From positions 70,959,031 through 71,023,030 of the forward strand of contig NC_068990.1 in NCBI RefSeq assembly GCF_001194135.2: a stretch of DNA of 64,000 nucleotides, in the 5' to 3' direction. How positions within the stretch are numbered: the stretch's first letter is position 1; each line of letters begins with the position of its first letter. Below the pieces are notes generated by a model. The model worked only from the letters and a program-made list of their open reading frames with translations, searched no databases and had not been told where the DNA came from. This stretch comes from Octopus bimaculoides (Eukaryota). This document shows positions 1-12,203 of this stretch, in pieces. Position numbers and translations under genes: made by a program.

Positions 1-765
1 CGATGAAAGGGGAGAATAGGGGGGAGCGTGGAACTTCAAGAGGAAGCCATGGGGTGTGACGTGATGGTGGAGGCAACGGCTAAGAAAGTTGAGATGGCTA
101 GTGTGACGGGTTTTTTTGAAAAGCCAGTAAGAGAGTTTTCTTGCGGGTTGCAAGCATTGTGGGAGAAAAAAAGAAAGAAAACGCCGAAGAAGGGACTGAA
201 GATGTTGGAGGAAGGAGTGGAGGTCAGGCATGGTGAGAGGATGTGAATGTCAGTGTGGGTGTTATTGGTGGCGAGACAAGGGAAAGAGCAAGAGAGGGGA
301 GTGAGTAGAACAGAAGATAGTTAGAGGGAGGACGAGATAGGTAGAAGGAGAACGAGAAAAAGTGGGAGAGTCACAGACAAATTATACTGATATCCAATCA
401 AGTTGCAGAAATGGCGTAATCCGAGTGAGTAGGAACAGTAATCCAAAGGTACAAGACTTCCGCGAATTGGGTACTCCAGGTTCAGTAGAAAAGCCGGGAT
501 TTGTGTGAGCGTGCGTTATATAGTGAGTTCAAACAAGAAAAACGACAAAAAAACAACAACGCAAGGACGTGATACAGATATTGTGTTACTGGACGCTTAG
601 GAAAGGAAAGAAAGAGAATTTGACATTTCGAGCGGAGCTCTTTGTCGGAAATATAGGAAAATCCAAAAACGGGAAGACGAAGGAAGAAAAAATAGCCAAC
701 GATATACACGAGGTTACATTGTGGAATGACCGGAAGGGAAAGGGTGAAGAAAAAGTTCATTAATG
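1..765 (-). mobile_element. 5' end (UTR plus N-terminal coding start) of a Penelope-like retroelement, frameshifted, continuing off the window edge
   Basis: Minus strand from ATG at 157 reads MLATRKKTLLLAFQK, then after a 1-nt shift in a 7-A run TRHTSHLNFLSRCLHHHVTPHGFLLKFH. This resembles the SHxxFLxRCLxxxxxPxGFxLKF N-terminal motif I recall from PLE ORFs. The upstream boundary is approximate. Confidence 0.6.
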
Positions 766-1592
766 ATGGTCTCAGACGTGCAAGCTCCATTTAGTAGGCA
801 CATATTTTTATCCCTGCATGAATAGCTGGTTTCATTTTGTTGTTTTTGTGTGTTGTGTGTGATTATATTTTTTAAATTAGTAGTTGAGCTAAAGCTAATT
901 TTTAAGTTATGTATATTGAAGAGCTTTCTGTAATTATGACTGATTGGAAAATACCTATCTATAAGTGATAAGAAATATTTACCAATATTAAAGGTCACTT
1001 CGGGGGAGTAAGGGGGTGTGAACCAGATAGTTTTCCTATTCCTGTTTCCTTTTCTTTATTATTGTACTGGTAACAGGTGTATAGGTTATGTCCTCGCTAA
1101 ATCCACTATCTTTTAGAGCCTTATTATATACTGGGGCAACACTATGAAACATGCCTCTAATGGAGGAAAGGCTAGAAATTCTTTTGCTAATGTTTTTAAC
1201 TAAATTTTTAAACACTATAGTGGGATGGCAGGAACCTACATTAATATAACTAAGTCTATTGTTGGGCTTCCTATAAAGTTTGTAAATATTCTTATTTAAA
1301 TCTAAGGATATATCTAGGAAATTGACAACCGTCAGGTTGGTATCTGTAGTTATGCTAAGACCAAAAGTTTTTATCATTTGGATAATGTCCTTCCAAAACC
1401 GATCTTGTGCTGGTCCATTAGTATTTGTGGTTAAAGCTAGGGCATCATCTTTGCAAATGGCGAGATATACATCAGGAAAAGTCTTACCCATTGCCTTAAT
1501 AACAGTCAACTTCATAGCAATTTCCCTTTGTTTAACAGTCATTTTCATAGCATTTTTTTTTTTTGCCTTAATAACTGACAAGATGCCAAAGC
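766..1592 (-). mobile_element. Penelope-like element, RT C-terminal half and linker, truncated before the GIY-YIG core
   Basis: ORF 1036-1581 has CKDDAL (degenerate YxDD), VNFLDISLDL, YKLYRKPNN and HPTIVFKN. ORF 714-998 has NIGKYFLSLIDRYFP, KISFSSTTNLKNII and CRDKNMCLLNGAC. All are typical PLE pol motifs. The 5' side runs into an N gap. Confidence 0.9.
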
Positions 1593-2447
1593 NNNNNNNN
1601 NNNNNNNNNNNNNNNNNNNNNNNNNNNNNNNNNNNNNNNNNNNNNNNNNNNNNNNNNNNNNNNNNNNNNNNNNNNNNNNNNNNNNNNNNNNNATATATCT
1701 GTTTGTGTGTGTGGATCAGTGAATGTGTGTCTATTCATGTATCTTTGTATTTTTGTTTGTATTTGTCGTTCACCCACCCCCGCTGTTTTTTTCACGCTGA
1801 CTACTTGGTTGAATAAAAGAGAAATTTAGTACTGAGGTTAATTTTTCAACTGCAACCCCTGAAGGAATTGTTCCTGCATGGTCACAGTCCAATGATTATG
1901 ACAAGTAAAAGATAAAAGAATTGATTTGTTTTGACTAGACAGTATTTTTGACTCATAACTGTTATAGGCAATACATTAATACATCCTAGAAAAATGAAAA
2001 GTCAACTCCACAGAATTTGAACTGATAAGCAATAATAGATTTTTTGCATAGTACAGGGCCAATTTCTGTAGGAGAGGGCTCACAAATGATTGAATTAAAA
2101 CTAGTTATTATTTTACCAACCCAGAAATGTAAAACTGACTTCAGCAAAATTTGAACTTGTTTTAGGAAACTAACTGCCATCATTGCAGGATGTTTCATGG
2201 CATTTATATTTTCACTCTTTATATTTTGAGTTGAAATCCCATTGTGGTTGACTTTGCCTTTCATCATTGTAACATCAATAAAATAAAATGCCTATGAAGT
2301 ACTTGAATCAATCTAATTAACTATACCGCCACTAAAAATGTGTCCTTGTTAGAAATCAATATTAATAATATTTAGTATAGTTCTATATTTAAGAGATGAG
2401 GAATTATTTACATTAGACGGATATTTGTCCTTATCTTGTTTGTTGTT

Positions 2448-2493
2448 AACACAACGTTTCGGCTGATATACCCTCCAGCCTTCGTCAGGTGTC
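2448..2493 (-). ncRNA. Minimal type I hammerhead ribozyme (PLE-type)
   Basis: Minus strand gACAC-CTGACGA-a-GGCTG-gagggtatat-CAGCC-GAA-ACGT-T-GTGTt. It has the conserved core, stem I ACAC/GTGT, a perfect stem II and a palindromic ACGT in place of stem III. Confidence 0.85.
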
Positions 2494-2669
2494 TTGGGGA
2501 AATTTCGAACCTGGGTTCTCATTCCTAACGATGTTACTATTATTATATTATTATTATTATTATTATTAATCAGGTCGCTGCCGTGAATCGAACTGATTAA
2601 TAATAATAATAATAATATAATAATAGTAACATCGTTAGGAATGAGAACCCAGGTTTGAAATTTCCCCAA

Positions 2670-2715
2670 AACACCTGACGAAGGCTGGAGGGTATATCAA
2701 CCGAAACGTTGTGTT
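2670..2715 (+). ncRNA. Minimal type I hammerhead ribozyme (PLE-type), inverted copy
   Basis: AACAC-CTGACGA-a-GGCTG-gagggtatat-CAACC-GAA-ACGT-T-GTGTT, with one mismatch in stem II. Confidence 0.8.
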
Positions 2716-2990
2716 AACAACAAACAAGATGAGGACAAATATCCGTCAAATGTAAATAATGTAAATAATGTAATATTTAGTATATTTATATACCAAATAT
2801 TTATATATTACTATAAGAAATATTTAGTATATATTTCGATCTATGTCATGAAATATGTTTGTAAAATTCAACTGAAACTAAAATTGATCAAATAAAAATC
2901 TGAAATGTATTATAAATGAAAAATAACAAATCAGTAGAGTTAACAACAATAACTACACTGAGAAAGGATTCTTAGAATAGCAAATTAGAA

Positions 2991-3219
2991 TTAACCTTTT
3001 AAGGATTTAAACTGGCAATATCTGGCCCAAATATTTCACCTGTTTAATGTTCAAACTGATGAGATCTGGCTTCTCTCACTGACCCTAAAATGTCAATCTA
3101 AAATTAAACAATCACATCTTCAAAATATTGAAGTTATGCAATAGGCATGATTAAATTCAGAACAGTGTTAGTAAACATGCATTACATTTGACAGAGTAAT
3201 CTGAATGCTAAACGGTTAA
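2991..3219. mobile_element. piggyBac-like MITE
   Basis: TTAA at both ends, imperfect terminal inverted repeats (ttaaccttttaagga / tgctaaacggttaa), non-coding interior. Confidence 0.45.
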
Positions 3220-3409
3220 TGATAGAATTTTCTATGGTTTCAGATCTCAATATATCTTCAACACTTTTTAGTTAAAACTGTTATTTTCATTTTCAATTTA
3301 ATGTGTCCCTTAGTGCACAAAATCTGTAAAGGAATTCTAGAACCAGATGTTTATACAGCCTAATGCTAACGAGTCATTTGTCAATGCTCAACTATGTTGA
3401 TTGATCTCT

Positions 3410-3780
3410 TATCTTTTATTTGTTTCAATCATTGGACTGCCTTGAAGGATTTTAGTCAAACAAATCAACTCCAGTATTTGTTTTTTTAAGACTGGTACTT
3501 ATTCTATCAGTCTCTTTTGTCAAACCACTATGTTACAGGGATGTAAACAAACCAATACTGATTGTCAAGCGGCAGCAGAAGATAGCAAACAGACAGAAAG
3601 ACATATACAAATATGTACACATGATGGGCTTCTACACAGTTTCTACCTACCAAATTCATTTACAAGAAATTGGTCGGCCTGGAGCTATAATAGAAATCAA
3701 GGTGCTGTGCAGTGGGACTGAACCTAAAACTACATAGTTGCAAAGCAAGCTTCTTAACCATATGGCCATGCCTGCAAATA
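3410..3780 (-). mobile_element. tRNA-derived SINE (abundant family, diverged copy)
   Basis: Matches the better copy at 22472-23290, with shared head and tail segments in reverse orientation. Confidence 0.7.
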
Positions 3781-6152
3781 TTTCCACAAAAATGTTAAAA
3801 TATTAATAATCATGGACTTGATACACAATCAATGTCTAATAGCAAAAGCTTGAACTTAAAATCTTGTAGACTAGAAAACCAAGCAATTAATCTCTCAGCA
3901 ACAAGAAAAATAAAAGTTTTGCTTTCTTTTTCATTAGGAAAGAAAGCAAAATTTAAACGAATCAAGTTTTGAAACATGAATAAAAAAAAAAAAAAAGAGA
4001 GAGAGAGAAGTAGCAGCAAAATATATTTCAATAGAAGCTTTGCCAAAGACAAAAAGCAGAAAGGTACATGTTTCAGAGACATTAGGTATAAACATGTAAG
4101 AAAGATGTAAGATATATTAAGACGGTAGTGTAATGGAGCAACATCCTGGCATCCGTCACAAAAGAGTAGAATGTATTTGTTTATACAGAAGCAATAGCAC
4201 TTAATAGCAAAAGCAAACAAAAATAACATTTAAATGTCACTACATGTAGTCAGTGATTTTAACAAAGACGAATGTCACAAAACTACCTTATCTACCGAAA
4301 CTATGGAAATCAGCGAAGTGTTAGCAGCACACTGTAGAAACAAACCCAATTGCTTGTTTAACTAATTGCATGATTCATGAAGGTGTTATTTGGTGACATT
4401 ATGTTAATTACTGCAAAACCAAGAATAGTTATTGAAAAAAAGAAGAGGTATTGTAAAGAACTTGAATTGATAGACCCATATATGAATGGAGTCAATTCAT
4501 AGTGAGACTAACACAATACTTAAAATGGATAGCATGAAGTTTGTATGAGCTGGGAACCATAGACCTCTGGAAGGAAAACTGCAGAAAGAATTTTTGATGA
4601 AAAATTAATTGACTATATATTTCATTTGCTGAACCACATGGGTTTCAACATGTACAAAATAAGAATGCTACAAATTAAGAAATTACTGATTGCTGTTCAA
4701 ATGTTGTTTGTAGTAAGGTCAAAATTGGCAACATGTTCAGAGTATCTTAGCTCCACCTTGTCTAGGGGACTGACTATTCAATGCTTGTAACATCTATGTT
4801 TCCATTGCACAATCAATCCATTTGAAATCTAGAAAAGATCATGATGAAGATGGCCAAGATGAATATACAGGTTAACAATAAGAAACCTGTATAGTCAAGC
4901 AGTATCCAGACAACAGTTATTCTATTTATTACTATCACTTTGTATACAACAAACACAACTTTACTCTGTTAGCAGTGAAAACATGTACAATAGATGCACT
5001 GATAGACAAAAGAAAATCAATATGAAGTGCTCCTTAGGCATTAGTGAAAGTAGCAAGGTTATAGGCTATTGGATGTAGTAAAGTTTTGTTATCTAAACAA
5101 CCCAATTAGTGCCAGAATAGAGTTAGTAATAATATAACAACGGAAAAGTTGTGTCTAAAAAGAAAAATGCAAGAGATAATATCGAATCATTGCTTTCATT
5201 TCAGAAAGTGAACTATATGACAACTGCTCCAAACTATGACACTATAGGGCCGTAAGATATGGGCAGCAAAGTCCTGCAGTACATTAAAAAAATTGTTTAA
5301 ATCTGATTTACTGACCAAGTAATATACTTGCCAGTTTCACAGTGAGAAACAGAAAAAAAGCAACAGCACATTTGAGGGATTGGTTTCTGCCAAAATAAGA
5401 TAGCAGTATAAATATGGACATATGATAAGAATGGAATGAAGTAAAATGATAACAGATGGCAACAATGCAAAGGTTGCAAATAGAGAATTTGAGGCAAAGG
5501 AATCAGAAATGATGTAAAGATGTGGTACCTAAAAAATGGAACAATCAATGCAAAGATCTGGGAATGAGACACTGCAGACCAGCTGAAGTGTGCCAGTACA
5601 AAATGTTGAATATTTAGTATATATGAACTGAAATAGTCACAGGCAAGATATTAAAATGCATCTGGTAGGGAAACTCTAGCTCAAAATTTTAGAAGTTTGA
5701 GGGAGTAAGGAGTAACTCCTTAGACACCACAATTCCCAGGTTCACTCTTGTCCAGGATGGTGGCAGTACCCATCAAGGGCCCCAGTTTTGGGTCAAACAG
5801 CAGATGATCCTGTGGCTAAAACAAAAGACTTGAAGGAGGGCTATCCCTTAGATTTTCATCACACAGGCTCACTGGTGTGTGGACATGTACTGATGTTACA
5901 TGAAACAGTCCAACTGATATTTAATTAAATAGGCTCTGTGCAGATAGTAATGGGAAATCACTTCAGTAGCTTTCCCCCCCAAAAATCATGAACCTTCAAA
6001 CTTTGGCATGGAGGTTTACAATTGTAGACTTGTATGAGAGAGAGGACTGTCATACCATATAAAACTGATACAGAATATGATGACATAGTTTACACATGAG
6101 ATATCCAAAATAAGTTAAGTTCTTTAATCCTACTTTAAACCATAATTAAATA

Positions 6153-6276
6153 CAAAAATAAGAGGGATGACCAGCAAGAGTGGACTCCTATATGCTAGAA
6201 ATAGATGCCGAATCATCTAACCATCTATTTCTAGCATATAGGAGTCCACTTTTGCTGGTTATTCCTCTTATTTTTG
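6153..6276 (+). repeat. Hairpin with 55-bp arms and a 14-nt loop
   Basis: 6153-6207 pairs with 6222-6276 through 52 Watson-Crick pairs and 3 G-T pairs. Confidence 0.95.
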
Positions 6277-7739
6277 GATGTAATATAATTTTAATCTTCG
6301 GATTTTTTTAATATGCTAGACCACTGGTTCAAATTGATTAATATCAATTTTTACCCTCATAAATAAATTTTTAAACCATAATTAATATAGTAAATAATAA
6401 TTAACTGAAAGGATACTTGATTATCTTAATCACTTAAATAAAACAACTTTAACAGTGAAATGTTTTACCATTCATCAAGTTTTTCAGTCCTAAAGATATA
6501 CAATATTTCCAAGTAGATAGCATCATACTTTCAATCATAAATCATTAATTATAAAACTTACAAATAATTAACTGAAAGTATTTTTATATTTTTGATTCTT
6601 CAAAATGTTCCACTGCATAAATTATTTAGAATTAATAATGTTTTTGACTTCACATTGAAATTTGATAATCATTATAATTTTACTGGATATCAGATAATAA
6701 GAGCGGTCAAATTACGCACCTATTACAGAATTTGGTTGGATGAAAGACACTTAAAGCACAAAGCACTGAAAATGAATGGAACCAGTAGAAGATTGAGACC
6801 CAAGAACATACAATAACTGATATCAGGATGCTGACCCTCACAAGGTGGTGACAAAGTATCATGATGATTGACATCATGCAGTGCTGGAGAAGACCTACCC
6901 ATCCATAGTCTAAAAACCATTAAAATGATGGTAGTGATGAGCCTAGAAGATATATATCTACATTTGGAGCTATTATTCACTATATCCCTGTTAAACCTTC
7001 ATCTGCTGCTCCAACTGACACTAGGGCCTACTGCCCTACATACTCTATTAAATCTCCGTTTGCTATTTGATACCCTCTCACCTTTTCTCCAATCCAATGC
7101 ACCTTACTGTTTCTTCCATCATACTCTTGTTTCAGTATAGCATCTTTTCTATTGTTCCTTCCTCTACCACTTTTTCACACCAAATCATTATTCCTCTCTC
7201 ACCTCCATCATATCCCTGTTCCCTATCCTTATACTCACTCTCTTAAACATATTGCTTTGACTGAACACAAACACTATAGAATAGGGTCATGAGGCACAAA
7301 GTAATTTCAGTGGTGCTGGTACTACATTAAAATGCATTCTGTATACTCTGTAAAGTGGTTGGTGTTAGGAAGGACATTTGGCAGGAACCATGCCAGAAAT
7401 GGAGGGTAATATCCCTCTGAACAGAAACCAATGCAGATTGTGATGATCTGTCCAACTCATGCCAGCATGGAAAGTAGATGTAACGGTGATGATGATGACA
7501 AATGAGTAAGTAATACAATATACACAGCAATAAGGGGTAACAATAAACAAAACCATACAAAGACTTTATTCAATGAATAATGCTGCAGCTGCTCAACTTC
7601 TATTTTAAATAAAGGTAAAAATTTGCCTATCAAATGTGTTCTTTTAGTAATTGGTTGGTGTATACCAATTACTAAAAGAATACATTTTTTTTTTATTAGA
7701 GAAAATTATATCGCATTCTTTGACATGTGACAGAAATGC

Positions 7740-8160
7740 ACATAGATTTTTATCAGGATCATCCAATTTTATTTGGAAGAAGGTACAGTACCCATGACCT
7801 TAACCAGCCCTCTGAGACTAACAAGATCAATGCCATTAATGTTCCTCTAGAGCCACTAAGTGGGAGTTCCTGAGGCTGATGCTCTAGAAAGAAAGAACTG
7901 AGTGCAGGACCTGGGTGATTGGATTCAACAAAAATGATGAGGGAAGAGAGAAGAGTGGATCAAGAATGCCTGAGTGGATGTGGCATGCTAGTTCAGAGGA
8001 GCAGAAGCCATTATAGTAGAAGTAGAAAAGATAGAGAAAGAAGACAATGCAGCCATGGGTCAGAGGTTGGATGGAGTGTGTCTTTTCTACATGAGGTCTG
8101 AGATGGTCTGTATGTGCAGTAGCAGCAATAGAACTGCCCAAGATGGGGTGAAATATAGTG
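7740..8160 (-). mobile_element. CR1/L2-group LINE 3' fragment
   Basis: Minus frame SIQPLTHGCIVFFLYLFYFYYNGFCSSEL resembles the LQPLxHRRxVAxLxLFYRYYxGxCSxEL C-terminal motif. Confidence 0.6.
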
Positions 8161-9399
8161 TATTAACTACTCAATCACAGATACTATAAAAGCATGAAGG
8201 AAGAATGTTGACAGTGGTTGAGAAATCAATGAAAAGGCATAATTTGTGGGTTTTCATTTTCTTTGTTACAACAACCCAAGCTCTCCATGATGCCTTTGAT
8301 TAGGTAGTTTGCTTCTTTTCTTATGACTGTCTTTGAGTAGATGTATATATATAGTCAAATTAATGAAGAGTACAACACGTGGAATTTTCAGAACCATTAA
8401 ATGCTATGAAATGAAACACTGTTCAAGCATGAAATCTGAGCAGATGTGTTCAAAGAGTGACTGCTGTTTGTACAATATTTCGACAAACTGTGTCCTATAT
8501 TATGGAACTATATCGAGTTGATGTCATCATAATGTTGCCTCTGAATAGTTTAAAGACTAAACCATTCCACTTAGAAATATCAGTTTTGGTTGAGAAGTTA
8601 TCAGTGCTTTGAACTTACAGTGACTGATTTATTAATTACATTATTAATGCACTCATAAGACAGAAAATGTTTTAATAAATCATAAATCAGAAAAACTATA
8701 AATTAAAGAGTTACAGAAAAATTATCATTATTCCCACACTTGTGACATAAGGTATCTCCACTAGACATTTTCTAGCCATGTATATTATTCCCTATTTAAA
8801 AAGAAACACTTATGAGAAGCAGCTACTGAAATAGCTTCATTGGTGTTGTCATTTATGACAGCAATAGTATTTACAGGGATATCCTGATTATAAATGCAAG
8901 AATTCTTTAGAGTTATGTCTAATGCTCTGGCTTGTGATACTACTATTTCTAAGATTAGCATTTTATTTTCAAATAGTCCAAGTCTTTTACTTGTCGGCAG
9001 AATTGTTAGAGCATGAGTAAAAATGCTTAGTAGTATTTGTTCCAACTCTTTACATTGTGAGTTCAAATACCACTGAGATTAACTTAGTCATTCATCCTTT
9101 TGGGATCAATAAAATAAAGTACCAGTCAAATACTGGAATTGTTCTCAGTAACTCTGTCTTGAGATTGTATTCTTTTTTATACCGTAGTTTTAAGATTTGA
9201 AGAAATTAATACAGAGATTCAGTTTACTGTTGTTTGTGAGTTAAGAATTGAGATCTTGCAAAAACAAAAAAAAATTTTGTTCGTTAATTTAATATAGATA
9301 TCATTTGGGCAATTTATCACTTCTCATAATTACCACAATCTGAGACAAATTCAAATGTTTCATGTGATATAATGTTTACTAAGGCGTGTAGGTCATTAC

Positions 9400-9630
9400 A
9401 GTCAGAAATACTCAGATAACTTAATAGCACCATCTGGCACAGTTTTTAAAATCATATTTTAGGACATCATAGCCCACTCATGTAGGGAGTTGTTGTTTAC
9501 TAAAATGTCTCCAGGTGCCAGTGTGGTGAGTTGTTTGGTATTTCTTGGAAGAATTTTTCCTGGTTCTGTTTTGAATGTTATGGGGTCTTTTTCTTTTTTG
9601 ATTTCTTTCAGAATATTAACAAGAAAATGC
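9400..9630 (-). mobile_element. CR1-type LINE extreme 3' fragment
   Basis: Minus strand ...ILKEIKKEKDPITFK... is homologous to the plus-strand CR1 end at 58770-58960. Confidence 0.6.
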
Positions 9631-10556
9631 TTTGAATCTTTCTGAATGCAAAATTGTCTACATTTGATTTATTCAATAAACTGTCATAAGAAGTAACAAC
9701 ATGACATCTGTATAGCAGAGACTTTATTCAACAAATAAAGCTACAAATCAGTAAGGAACAGCACTCGTCCATCACATGATATATCAATTGTTAAAAGAAT
9801 GCAGAATCATAACATTCATTGAGTAAAAGACTTAAAATCTGTTTCATGTCACATTCTTTAAGTATTTAAAGAAATAATAGATACACTAACTCTGCACAAA
9901 TGTGTCAAAGCATTGGTTATGATGATTTGTCACAGGAAGAAAGTACCCAGTTTTCACAAATATGATCTCTAGTGATTTTAGTACTATAAAATCGTGGAAG
10001 AGATAGTGTTTTATCAGCTGTGTGGTGATGAGTGCTTTGAAAGAAGACAACAGGAGTGAGTTTCAGATGGGTTAGAATGTACTGTTAAAGCGAAAGACGA
10101 TCGGACTCTCTGACAGTCGTGGTTGCAGTAGGAAATTCTATATCTCTTACAGATGAATGATTCACACGTTAGCATTGAACAGGGTAAAGGGTTGGTTGGT
10201 TATTTGTTGCATTATCTTTACTGGGTTGTTATTTTCCGACTCAGCTTGCTATATAACTAAGTACACCTAAATCTATATTACTATATACACACGCATGTCT
10301 CTAAGCATATTATAATTGACCAAAGGGGTGGTTGCATTTGCTAAGAAATCCCACTCACATACAATCTATATATCTATTTATCTAGTTATTTAGTCATCTA
10401 GCTATATGTATACATCTAGCTATATATATATATATATNNNNNNNNNNNNNNNNNNNNNNNNNNNNNNNNNNNNNNNNNNNNNNNNNNNNNNNNNNNNNNN
10501 NNNNNNNNATAACTCCTCTTTCCAACAGGTAGACGCCTTGTATGCCCTTATGAAAA

Positions 10557-10596
<40 letters not shown>

Positions 10597-11583
10597 CGCT
10601 TGTCCTGTTATATTTGCTAGCGTAATACATACATTAAATAAAATAATACTGTCCAAGCACAAAGTAAAATCTTTCATAGACAATATACTCAAGAATATTG
10701 ATGATTACGGGGTTAAAATATCCTGAAATTGAACGGCTACAAGCGGAAAAAAAAAATTTAAATTGTTTTCCTAAAATAATTGTTTAAAAGCCCGAAAGCA
10801 AAATTGCTTATTCAGTTTAATAAGCATAAACGAGATGAAGTGGGAAGGAGTTGCGATTTAATCTATTCTGGAGAAGGGGGTATGGGGTTAGTTGGTGGAA
10901 CAGATCGTTATAGCATAGTGCGGAAGATTTTATAATTATTGAAGCAAAACACCAGAGAAATCCAGAAACAACAGTGTTTTAAATGATTATAAGAATGTGT
11001 TTAATGGTTAAAAGAAGGAAATACGTCTAGAAAACACCTGTCTGTGTGCATGTGATTGTATATTAATTAGTGTGTGTGTGTATTTTCGTGTGTATGTATG
11101 AATGGTATCAGTAATTAATTCAAAACCTTTATTTATCGTAAGAGTCGTACACGTTTTTCGACAAATAATACAAGTAGTTGTCGCACTTACTCCCCGAAAA
11201 CCCGCCTAAGCCCTTAATGTCATATTCTGTATTCATTATAGATAGATAGGTAGATAGGATAGCATGATATAATATATACACGCATTCACATACTGCACGC
11301 ATACACGTACATACATTGTGTGTGTGTGTGTGTGTACACGGGTATATACGTATGTGTTTGCATATGTACACGTATATACCGAGCTCGACCCTCGCTTGGT
11401 GTCCTGGATGTTAAAATACATTGATTCAAATGAATCCTACAAATAATTGTATGTATGTATTCGAGGGAAAGAGAGGGACGGAGATAATAAATGTCTAAAG
11501 TGATTCGACTTTTGAGTTTTCAGTGAAAGCAAACAGCAGCGTCGAGCGCTAAAAAATAATAATAATAATAATAATAATAATAT

Positions 11584-11610
11584 TTGATGGCATGCACTGC
11601 TCTCTCACTC
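11584..11610 (+). mobile_element. 27-bp 3' terminus of a LINE-like repeat inside a (TAA)n tract
   Basis: ttgatggcatgcactgctctctcactc is 26/27 identical to the end of the 56615-57154 element. TAA repeats lie on both sides. Confidence 0.75.
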
Positions 11611-12203
11611 AATAATAATAATAATAAAAACACCAAATGAAAATAATGACAGCATTGATATCAGTGATGATGATGATGATGATAATAACATAACCGATTG
11701 CGGCATGAAATAACATGGAAAGTAAGTTTGTAATAAAGTAGAAATTTAACAAGTGGGAATCAATATTTCATTTCTGGTTGATCGTCGGGAGGTGGCGACG
11801 AAGAAAACTGAAGCAATTACCAGTAAGGATTGCCAACATTAACGTAAACACCAACCACTACAACCATCACACACACACACACACACACATATAGAGTTCA
11901 TCGAAAATAATGCAGTATATGTTAATATAAACAGATTGCGATGCTGGTCTCATTAATTTTGTATTTCTTCGGTGCGTTTTTACAGAAAATCTTTACAAGT
12001 TGAACATTAAGGGAATTTCGTAATAAAATAATAATTATGGTACATGTGAATAGAATTTTTGCAACAGACAAAACTACATTTCATTAATAATGATTATATA
12101 TTTACAATTATTATTATTTCTTTTTTGAGAAATGAAGATCAATAAATGATCCGTTATTAAATAAACAGTGTTGAAATGAAACCAAGTGGTGGTCAAACGG
12201 AAA

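Larger units (their letters stand above)
2403..2760. repeat. Fold-back with ~170-bp arms and ~20-nt spacer, made of a PLE terminal-repeat-like sequence plus (TAA)n
   Basis: 2403-2573 is the near-perfect reverse complement of 2593-2760. The spacer is gtcgctgccgtgaatcgaa. Confidence 0.9.

Noticed and set aside
105-125. A AAA AAC slippery heptamer in frame with the PLE ATG (minus strand), suggesting a programmed -1 frameshift
   Set aside because: The conserved-looking downstream frame needs a +1 shift, not -1. A homopolymer insertion is the simpler explanation.
8785-9066. 93-aa minus-strand ORF that looks protein-like
   Set aside because: Its first third is a decayed SINE head. The rest has no recognisable motif and no convincing splice donor.
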